A DNA stretch of 64,000 nt, taken from contig NC_045696.1 in NCBI RefSeq assembly GCF_009834535.1, forward strand, positions 27,778,001 to 27,842,000, given 5' to 3'. The DNA is from Camelus ferus. Its lineage: Eukaryota. The stretch's first letter is position 1. Every line of letters begins with the position of its first letter. A program made the translations under genes and the position numbers. A model generated the notes under the pieces. The model was not told where the DNA came from. It searched no databases and worked only from the letters and a program-made list of their open reading frames with translations. This document shows positions 12,690-22,890 of the stretch, one piece after another.

Positions 12690-14039
12690 GAGGATCTTCA
12701 AGATAATGGGTTGTTTTCAGTTTTTTCTTTGTTCAAGTATACCTTGTTTCATTTCCCCCCCATTCTTCTTTTAAGACATAAGGGCATTCTGAAAATAGAA
12801 TGTTAACAGCTGTAACAGTCTGGTTACAAGAAGTCAGAAGTGGCATGAAAGAATATCAAGAGATTTGGCCATCAAGTGAATTTCAAATTAACTAGCATAC
12901 ATGATTAAAATGCCTGAATTTTGGTTCACTGCTTAAATGTTTAAAATCCAAGAAAATCCATCTAGTCATAACACATACTTTTTAACCCACTGGCCTTTAA
13001 CATTTAACATTGCTTCTAAAAGATCATATAGTCTGTTATTCTTCAGTAAGAAAATTTGGTTTTAAATTCATTCATCTGGACAGAATAAGATTTTTCTTTT
13101 TATTAACTCCAGATACTCTTTAATACTGAATTTCAAACAAAATATTTTCACATGGAAAACTACTGGGAGACATCTACATACTTTTTTGAGTTTAGACTTC
13201 ATGTAGGACTTGTAAAGGATCCTTTAAAAGTTACACTTGGGTTATGTGAATGTGGCTGTAATCTGCGTCCTTCCCAGCATTCATTTATAAATGCATCCAC
13301 CTGAGTATTGGCGACTTTTAGCTAACCTAGAATTTGACTTGATTAGGCAACGAGCTGGCTAGCTTTGAGGTCTTTCCAGATATGGGGGTGGGGAGGTAGG
13401 GGATTGTGAACCCTGCGAAAGATATTACACAGAAAAATGAAGTTTTAAAAAATTGGGTCATGACTGCAGCAAAGAAAAAAGTGCAGAGAGAAAAAGGCAG
13501 AGGTACAGTGTGGAAGGCAAAATGAAACAAAGGAAGAGTAATTAGGAAAACTGCCAGCTCCTTTCACTGGAGGCCTTGGGGGAGATGCTTTATCATGCCT
13601 AGTGACAAGTAACCTGCGCAGAGTCAAAACTGAATGTGAAAGGCTGGTCCTAAACTGACTGAAACAATAACGAAAAAAATCTTACATGTTATCACTGAAT
13701 AATATGTTCCCTAAAGAACACACACCAACTCATAGAACTTGAATTCCACTCGGGATCACATCTCAAAAATGTTTTCCCCATGAGTGGGGTCTTGGCTGTG
13801 TCTCTGACTCAATCTGTCCCTAGGTAAGTGCAGCCCAAAGATGGGTTGGAAAAAACTTTTTTAATTAAACTGTCTCTCCAGTAACAGATATTTAAAAGCA
13901 TGTACACTGTGCTCTTTAAACTGATAATTAAACTTACTGACACTAATATGTGTGTATAGACATAGAATTTTATTTAGGATGTCTTACAATTTTAAACTTG
14001 TAAAGCAAGTCCTTAGGATTAATAAAATAACTAAAACAT

Positions 14040-14222
14040 AACTTATGATGTGCCATACTATCTTCTGTGATGATATGCGTATGTCATTTAATTTTCACAA
14101 TAGCCCTATGAGGCAGGCACTAAATTTATCCCCGGTTTAGGATAAGAAAACTGAGGCAAAGTAACATTCCACTGGTCGTTAGTTGTATAGCTGGTAACTG
14201 AACTCAGTGTTGCTCTGATGTC
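14040..14222 (-). mobile_element. MIR SINE
   Basis: catttaattttcacaatagccctatgaggcaggcac...ataagaaaactgaggc. Confidence 0.8.
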
Positions 14223-14394
14223 AAATAAATAATATATACAAGTTTTGCTATTGCAAATGCTTTTTTTGATGGTGAATATTGACGAGAATCTCACCACTTC
14301 TAACATCTTATTTGACTAAAAAGCCTGCTCAAAAGTGTTTCTACTGATGACTTTTCCACTGTCTTCATCATTCAACAGCTTGCTATCCAAGCTG

Positions 14395-14570
14395 CGCTTG
14401 CCTCTTATCTGTGTGACACTGTTGCTTATGTACCTTCTGCCTTATTTCTTCATGTGTAAAAAAGGGTGAGTAATAGTCTCCCCTACATAACTAGAATCAA
14501 GAGAGTTCTCGTGCCAATCAAACCAGTTAACCCACGTAAAGCCCTGATTGCAATGCTTGGCATGAAGTCA
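14395..14570 (+). mobile_element. MIR SINE
   Basis: ctgtgtgac...ttctgccttatttcttcatgtgtaaaa...taatagtctccctacat...cgtaaagccct...tgcttggcat. Confidence 0.65.
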
Positions 14571-15844
14571 GCCCTCAGGAAGTACTAGCTGTCGTCAGTA
14601 TCGTGGGCATGAGGCCGCCCTCTGCACATCTCGTGCGCCTGTCCTCCAATACTCCACAGACCTCATGTTTCCTAGTGCTGCACAAAACTTGGAAGAAAAA
14701 ACAGCAGAGCTCTCTTGAGTTTTTGCTGAAAACCAGGACAGACTCGATGGGGAAAAATCTATAAACACAGAGAGATCTTTTAATACACTGTAATAGAACT
14801 GTGGCACTTGTTTCTCTCTCTAAACAAATCATTTAAATTGTTCCAAAGTGCACGTACCACAAAATATTCAACTTCCAAAAAATTAAAAAAAAAAAAACCT
14901 TCTACTGTCCTGATAGCCAAACTCCATACCAGAATCATCAATAGCAGCTTATGAACTTCATCCTTTGAAGAAGACTTGAGACGTTTAAATATCAGAAGAA
15001 AGGAAAAGTCGATTTATTTGGAACAATGGAATTTAGGGCTTGGCAGCCATTACTCTTACAAAGGTATCTAAGGAGGTATGTTTACTAAAAGAACTCTGTT
15101 AAAACAACACAAAATAAACATTTTTTAAGGCAGTGAGAGAAGGAAAGGTAATAACAGAATCTCCCCAATTTTCCTTGCTATTTTGAGCAAAGAAAGCTAT
15201 TTGGTTGCTGACAACAGAAGCTTTTCAGCTGCTGATCATAAATAGACGAAAATCTTATTTCAAGCTTCAGTCCACAACAAGAAGAATTATTCAATATTCT
15301 CTGCGACCCTGCTCACAGGCACCTTGGAACTTCTGTGAGTTGTAAGACATACTCCTCGAGTTATATACAATGGCATGGGATCAATGAGAAAATAATTTGT
15401 ACTCCAAATACAAGTGGACACAGTAATGAGGCAGAAGGACTTATTTAAACTGGAAAGCCCCAGACACAGAATAAATAAGCATCTTGGCCGTGGAGACTGG
15501 GACAGACATGAGAGCATGTGGATTTGGGAATGTGCTTCCCTGCCGGAAATCATTCAATTATCAAAATTCTTTCCCCCTGAGACTTACAAACAGAAACCTT
15601 GGCCTGTGCCCAAATATTAAACATTAATGATGTTCTCCTGATGTTTAAAGAACATGGGGAAAGCTGCGGTTTACGTTAGTTGTTAGAGAAGCAGTTGTGA
15701 GGGAACTGGGAAAAGATTTGGGGGGGAAAAAGGATACTGCCATCAACTTCCAGCTTTGTTTTTCTAGTAAGAAGGAAAGCTTTTCTGGCCACTCAGCTCT
15801 GCTTTGAGATAAGTGATCGTCTGTTTACTTTTATGATGGCTGGT

Positions 15845-16460
15845 GGATTTATTCATACATCTAGCACATTTATCGGATGCCCACTGTGTGCCAGACATCA
15901 CGGAAAACTCTGGGGTGCAAGCTTAAAGATGACAGAGTTTGTGCCTAAGAGGGATAGGATCCTCGAAGGGAAGTCAGAGTAAAGGGTGTAACACAGAAAG
16001 ATAACTGGAATTTTCAGGAAGGAACATGGAACCATCAAACAAAAGGCTGACAGAAAGGACAGCAGAATAATGCTTTATGTAGTGCAGGCACATGGTGAGG
16101 AGTTTGGATTTTATTTTAGGTCTGACAGGAAGTCATTGAAAGTTTGTAAAAAGGGAAATATTGTGATCCAGTCAATAAAGATCACATCTGCTACTGAGTG
16201 AAGATATGTAACAGGGGATGGGAGCCGGGGTGGAGGCAGGGGGTGCCAGTTCAGCTTTGGTGGCAATGATTTAGGCAAAAAGATGAGGTGACTGATTCAA
16301 AGAGACGTCAGAATAGAATGTGATGAAACCTCAGAGTCAGGCGGTACTTGGGAGCGTCAGTAGGACGTGCTGCCGAGGAGCTGGGTGTGGGGACGGACTG
16401 AGAGAAAGGTGGGCCTCGGAGGTGACTCCTAGATACCTGGCTTGTGTAACTGGATCTGGA
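15845..16460 (-). mobile_element. L2 fragment
   Basis: atttattcat...cactgtgtgccagac (L2 3' end); catggtgaggagtttggattttatt; ggtgactcctagatacctggcttgtgtaactgga. Confidence 0.8.
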
Positions 16461-17163
16461 GTATTTTGGCTTTGTTTGGTTTTGTTTCCATGCTGGAACC
16501 TCAGAACTTACTCATCTAATAACTGAGACACCTGGCCTATTTTGTTTACTAGAGATTTTAAGGCGGCTCAGGTTTGGGAGAAGGGGGAAGACAAAGGGTT
16601 GCATTTTAAACAGACTGCAGCACAGACTCTTATGAATAGTGCAGAAAATAAATATGTTTGTATGTGTTTCAGGTACTATAAGGAATCCAGCCATTACTCG
16701 GCTTTATTTTCTTTCCATCAGAACTTATTTTGCTATGGTTGCAACGACTTCAACTTTTAAAAACTGGACCCATCTTAAAACAACTAGTTACTGCTCTTCA
16801 AGTTTAATTATATATGTATGTATTTATTTATGTATTTGTGTTTTGAAAAAGAAATCCGGAAACATGGCTATTAACTTATGCAGGCCAGCAAGTTGGACAA
16901 TAACATTTTGTGTTAAACAGTCACTTGACCAACAAATTCAGATTTTCTTGAGAAAAGCCTCAAAGCAACAGTAAAGAAAAACTTTGTTGTTCTTTAACAA
17001 CAAATATTTTGTGGGGTGGCGATTATATTGTATCACACAATGTATATTTGGATGAACAGTGGCTATTAGGGTTTTTTGTACCTTAATGTTAACCATGATT
17101 TCATCAATTAATGGTCACATCATTGAAATCATTGAACATTAAATACTCATGCAACTTAGTATG

Positions 17164-17613
17164 TATGCTGGGTTGAATAGCAGGCCCCTAAAGTTGATGT
17201 CCACTGGAACCTGTGACTATGGTCTTATCTGGATACAGGGTCTTGAGCATGGAATCCAGTTAAGATGAGATCACACTGAATTAGGGAAGATGTCCTTATG
17301 ATGGGGTTCTTATAGGAAGGGGGGCATTTGGACACATACACAAGATGCATAGGGGAGAAGTCCACATGCAGATGAAGGCAGAGATTGGACTTATGCTGTC
17401 ACAAACCAAGAGGTATCAAGGATTGCCAGCAACCCTCAGATGCTAGGAAGGGAAGGGAGGGTTCTTCTGTAGAGCCTTCAGAGGGAGGGTGGCCCAACTG
17501 ACAACTTGATTGTGAATTTTTTGCCTCCAGGACTGTGAGAAAAAACAATTTCTGTTGTTTTAAGCCACCCAATTTGTGGTAGTTTGTTATGGCAGCCTTA
17601 GGAGACAAATACA
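17164..17613 (+). mobile_element. Complete MaLR solo LTR (MLT1C/MLT1B-like)
   Basis: Starts tatgctgggttgaatag, contains gaaggcagagattgga and gagccttcagaggga, ends tttctgttgttttaagccacccaatttgtggtagtttgttatggcagccttaggagacaaataca. 5-bp TSD GTATG (17159-17163) / GCATG (17614-17618). Confidence 0.93.
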
Positions 17614-18869
17614 GCATGCAGCAACAATTTAAATAGCAACCAGCATTATTTAATAATCATTATGTAACAGGTATTGTGTTAGGTGGAAGTTTGGAAAAAT
17701 TTTCCTATCAAGGTTACTTATAATTCTGTTTATATCATATGTACACCTCCAAATTGCTGTCTTATTTAAATTTTTTTTATCATTACTTTATAAATCATAA
17801 AGCACACCCTGCAAAGAAGTACATAGTCACACATACACAAGCATCCCATTAATCTACAACTTTTCACATTTGTTCCCCAGGGAGATGCCTTACATTAAAT
17901 TATTCCTGTTCTATCAAACTCACTAGACCATAAAACTGGCCTACAAGACTTGGCTAAACTTACACGTGTGACCTAACTCATGCCAGGGCGCTAGGAATTA
18001 AGCGTATACTGTCAGCATTCCAAACTACAAAATGCATTCCCATTTCTTTATACACTGTGCAGAAACTCATTTAACATTTGTTTCTATCTGTGAAGCACCC
18101 AAATAACCATTACATGCAATAAAAAGATGATTCATGTGCAGAACAAAAAGAAACTGGTTAAGTAAATTCTCTAAATTTTTAAATAATCTGCACTAGTGTC
18201 AAAGTACACAGTCATACAGAATTAGAGAGATGTTTTTATGGTAACACGGTCACTAACAGACCCCAGATGTACCATTAGAAGACCCTGAGGAAAGCCCCCG
18301 ATAGCTTGGGCATTAAGAGGGACTCTGTGCTAAAGTAAACATCCTCTGGAACGAAAGAGGCTATCCTTCTCACAAAAACATACTTTAGTTCTTACAATAC
18401 TAAGAACATGGTCCAATTCATCATTAAACATTCTAAAAACAATGGCATTGCAGATGTACGAAGGAGCTGCTTTAGACCTAAGTCACTTGCTGGATTTCTG
18501 GCTACATTTGGCTTTGTGACAAAACGCTGATTGCCTTCTTATGTTCCTTCAGTTTAAGACGGCCTCTAAGTCTTGCAGGAACTCCTCCACGCCAATTACA
18601 GCAAGGGTAAACAAAAACATTAAAAAGTTAGAGCCACAGGGCTGACAAAAGGCAAAATTGATCTGATCTTGGGGCTGGGTCTTTATAAGAAATGAAACTC
18701 CTGCAAGTGCTAAATCCTAATGGAGAAGGAAAAAGGAAGGAGAGTAGACAGTGAGTATAACTTGGACTCAGGTTTAGAGCTGCCCCAGCTCACCCTTCGT
18801 TATGAACATTTGGACCAAACTGGGTAACTGTCATGTGTAAGCCATATGGATTTTTTTGAAGTGATTAAA

Positions 18870-18990
18870 GCGGAGTGTGACTGTGTAGTAATTCCAGTTC
18901 TGCCATTTTTCTCATTATGCCCTTTGGGTTGCAATGTGGTTTAACCGCCCTGAAATTCAGTTTTTCTGGTGTACCTTGTAAGGAGTGCTT
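18870..18990 (+). mobile_element. MIR fragment
   Basis: aattccagttctgccatt...tttaaccgccctgaaattcagttttt...ctgg. Confidence 0.5.
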
Positions 18991-19599
18991 CTCCTACCTG
19001 GCAAGAAAGCTCTGGAGTGACTTCTTTGTGTTCTATTATTAATTTTCTTGAAATGCTTCCCTTGACTCTAAAATGTCTTTCAGCCCTGGGAAATCATTCC
19101 AATATATGCTCAGAACAGCTCCATATGCAATTAAAGTGGAATGGATCATTGTTGAAACATTTGACCGCTTAACTATACTTTTATTCACAAGGTCTCAGGT
19201 CAATAACATTATTTCCGCTATGAGCAATTTTTTTTTTTATTTATACACTTACTATCAACCCACTTGAGCTCGAACTACTACTTTGCTCAACAGGAACTTA
19301 CAAATCTATCTTTCTGGCCTCTTTCTTTTATTCAAATTAGTTATTTAGACTTTTCAGTGTATTTGATGCTCTGAATATTTTATACTTCCTCTAATCCTTG
19401 AATAACATCTTTGTTCCCCCACAGAAAGGAAACACACACACACTCCCCTCCACACACTTGGAATATTAACATTGCAGCTCCAGCACAAATTGATAACTAA
19501 AATAAGAGAGGAACTAACAGAGATGATATTTGTTTTAGTAAACTTGGGAAATCAGGAGAGCCAACCATTTTCTGACATGAACTATAATGCCACGTTACA

Positions 19600-20120
19600 A
19601 AAGTAGCAGTGGACTGGCAGAAAGAAGGCCTAATCTGAAATATAGCTCTTCCATTAACTATGTACCCTTAGGAAAGTCTCCTTCATTACCTGAACTCCTC
19701 TCATTGGATGAACGCTTTCTCCATTAAGAAGTAAATTCAGTCAGGGGAGGGTATAGCTCAAGTAGTAGAGCTAATGCTTAGCATGTATGAGGTCCTGGGT
19801 TCAATCCTCAGTACCTCCTCTAAAAATTAAAAGAAAAAAAAAAAAAGACACCTAATTACCTCTGCCCATCCTCCCCAAAAGAAGTAAATTCATATAAGAC
19901 AAGACTGTAATACGTTTTCTCTGTCGTGTCCCCTGGTGTTCAGAGCCATACCAAGGATATTCTAGTAACTTTATAAATCTCTGTAGAATCAGAGAAGGAA
20001 TAAATGAACTTCAGTTTCCTCATCTGCAAATAAGGCATCATAATGTTTATACACAGGGGTTGTTAACAATAATCAAATGACATATGCAAAAGCATCCTAG
20101 ACAATAACTGTCACAAGGTA
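19600..20120 (+). mobile_element. MIR split by an L2 3'-end fragment (~19697-20010) that itself hosts a Vic-1 SINE
   Basis: MIR 5' half (gctcttccattaactatgtacccttaggaaagtc...ctgaact) resumes at 20011 (tcagtttcctcatctgcaaa). The intervening DNA resembles the L2 terminus, ending in gaataaatgaa. Confidence 0.65.
19744..19878 (+). mobile_element. Camelid tRNA-derived SINE (Vic-1)
   Basis: ggggagggtatagctcaagtagtagagc (A box)...gtcctgggttcaatcctcagtacctcc (B box), A-rich linker, cctaattacctc tail. Perfect 14-bp TSD aagaagtaaattca at 19726-19739 and 19879-19892. Confidence 0.95.
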
Positions 20121-20130
20121 AATAAATAAA

Positions 20131-20346
20131 ATTTGCAGATACTAACTACTGCATATAAAATAGATAAACAAGTTTCTAGTATGTAGCACAGGGAACCATA
20201 TTCAATATCTTGTAGTAACTTATAGTGAAAAAGAATATGAAAACGAATGTATGTATGTTCCTATATGACTGAAGCATTGTGCTGTGCACCAGAAATTGAC
20301 ACAACATTGTAAACTGACTGTACTTCAATAAAAATACACCTAAAAA
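20131..20346 (+). mobile_element. 5'-truncated cetartiodactyl/camelid L1 3' end
   Basis: gcagatactaactact...tagcacagggaaccatattcaatatcttgtagtaac...ccagaaattgacacaacattgtaaactgactgtacttcaataaaa. Confidence 0.9.
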
Positions 20347-20769
20347 ATTCAATATATTCTTTTAAATAGAAGATGGAAAAAGGAAAAGAACCTCTGCATT
20401 TGCTAGGCAATGCTATCATGTATCTTACATATAAAAATAGGAACAGATGCATTGAATTTGTGAATCCATCACCCACGTAAAGCCAGGATGGAGAAATGTT
20501 TCTCCTCTCTCACTACACTCTCTTCTCCTTATCCCCAAATGCAGTTTAGCCTGGAGACAAAATGATACTGTTATCCCAGTTGATTTTACTGCTGAGCTAA
20601 ATAATTTTCTGAATGTAACCTAATGGTTACATTAGGCAATCTATTTAGATTGTAAATAAAGCAGCATTTATATAAGCAAAAAAAAAATTCTGCATTTTAT
20701 TCATTAGTGTCTCTGTGTTTTTTCAGTTTTACAGTAAAAACAAATTACTGCTCTGGACGTATATAGGTA

Positions 20770-20770
<1 letters not shown>

Positions 20771-20817
<47 letters not shown>
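20771..20817. repeat. (CA)n microsatellite, about 23 units
   Basis: Directly visible. Confidence 0.98.
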
Positions 20818-20819
<2 letters not shown>

Positions 20820-22689
20820 CAATCTTTTGTAGTGGTAGTGTATGAAGGGAGATTTCAGTAGTCAGAATTTAGGCTCAGACACTGCAAAATGTCAAATATT
20901 AGTCATTCATCATCCCCCCACCCCAACCCCCCACTGACAGCAGGAAGAAGTACATTAAGAGAATTACTTCCCCATAAGTAAGGTAACATCTGCCTCAAAG
21001 CTGGGTTAGGATGAAGTCTGGACCATCTCCTCAGCAAGATCTGTTCATGTGCAGTAACATAACAGAGGCATACAGTTTTGCCTAAGGGCTCTTTCAGGAT
21101 TTGGAATGTATAATTTGGTAGAAACTGTAACAAAGCAAGCATCGTTTGGCACACCAATAATCTGTCTTGAGTAAAGATGTCTGAGTACACAATTCATACA
21201 TACAATTTTCATTCTTTTCTTTTGTCTTTTAATTCCATAGATCACGATGATTAAAAAAAGCACTTAAGAACAGAGGTTCTTCCATTCACACATTTAAATA
21301 ATGACTTTCTGAATTTCCTTTTGGAACTCTGTGTAAAAGTAAAACAATGCTTTTTAATTAGGAAGAGTCACCCTTCCCTCACAGCCTGTAGATACATAGT
21401 ACATGTGTTCATTACCAACCTCAAATTTTGAAGCATTTTCAGTAGACAGGGCTTGAGAGTATAATGAATGGGAACAGCATGACCATGTTAATCCAGTTGA
21501 TTAAAACCAATGGGAACGAGTTACAGGTTAGAATTAATAAAGTTTCTATGTGATGTGATTGAAAGGAGTGGGTCTTCAATAAATGAGGAATGAAGAGAAA
21601 TAAGAACGTCAATAACATTTCACTGATAGCTGAGATAGAACTTTAATTAGTAAGACAGATAAATCAATAAAAATGAAGAAAATAATATTAAGACCTCGGA
21701 CTCAAATTTGTGAACTCATCTAAAGTTCTGTCAGCGAGATATTTGAGGAACTCATAATAAGACTTTAACATATAAAATGTCTTACAAGTTAAAAAGTAGC
21801 TTTCATCTACTCATCTATTCTGTGACTTTTTATTGTTATGACGCCCCTGTGATGAAGGTTAAAGCAGCTGTCAGTATCTTAATTTTTAAAAGAGAAAACA
21901 GAAGTGTCCCATTTTTAGGAAGCATTCCAGGTTGCTCAAGAGCAGGACTGAAGGGTGCCTTCTACTGTGTAGCGCGCTTCTAAATGTAATTAGGGTGTGT
22001 CTTTGTCACCTCTGAAGTCCTTGATTTTAACTGAAGCTGGTACATGGTATTCAGCAGTTCTGGTTAAATCAGTCAATGTACCTAAACACAGTGCTACTTT
22101 GGGGGCACAAATGATCTTTTTCATAAATAGGTTATGTGCTCACAAAGGACATATTCTGAGGCCTATCGCATAGATTATCACTTTCCAGAAAATAAGTCTA
22201 AGGTTCTAAACCTTTTAAAATAATGTCCCTTAAATCCTGGGCAAAAATAATCCACTAATAAATGAATGCTAAAAGTGAGGTGAAATAAATTAGATGTAAG
22301 CATGTTTTTAGATTAGCAGTCTGAGAATTTGGGCAACTGATGAAGTAGGGTGTAAACCTGATTTTTGGACTCATGATTGATTTCTATTAAATCCAGTCCA
22401 TGACACAGAAAGAAGGAATTTATCATACTTTCAGGGGAAAAAAGTCCTTAGAGTCCTTCTCACTTGCTAAAAATATCAAATGGAACACAAGGGTACACAC
22501 TGAAGTTGACTCTCTGGGCCAGCATGGAGTAAATTAGCAGATCTTGAAATAATCATATAGGCTGGAACTGCCACTCTGTGCAGCCTGATAATTGGACTGC
22601 AATGAATCCCTGGTTTGTGCTCCGCCATCATGGAAGTCCCTCCACCTTCTGGGCCAATTCTGGTTAGTCTGGCGTAGGATAATACCTTT

Positions 22690-22890
22690 CATTTACTGCA
22701 GCTCACAGTTCACACAAGTTGTTCACATTCCATTTGCTCATTTGACCCCATAATGATCATTTGAAATAAGCTGAAAAGAGAACATTGCCTTCATTTTATA
22801 AACAAAGAAAAGAGGCCCAGAAAGACCGAGTTGGCTTCCGCAAGGTCACCTGGCAGGGCAGGGGCTGACCTGCTATCAGAACAGTGGTTT
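22690..22890 (-). mobile_element. MIR SINE
   Basis: ctcatttgacccca...cattttataaacaaagaaaagaggcccagaaag...caaggtcacc. Confidence 0.7.

Noticed and set aside
16213..16243. G-quadruplex-like G-runs (also 13384-13404 and 48545-48559)
   Set aside because: Non-canonical (long loop or only three full tracts), and the first lies within an L2 fossil.
19744..19817. tRNA-Ala-like sequence (also 54326-54399 on the minus strand)
   Set aside because: These are the tRNA-derived heads of Vic-1 SINEs, with an A-rich linker, tail and TSD, not tRNA genes.
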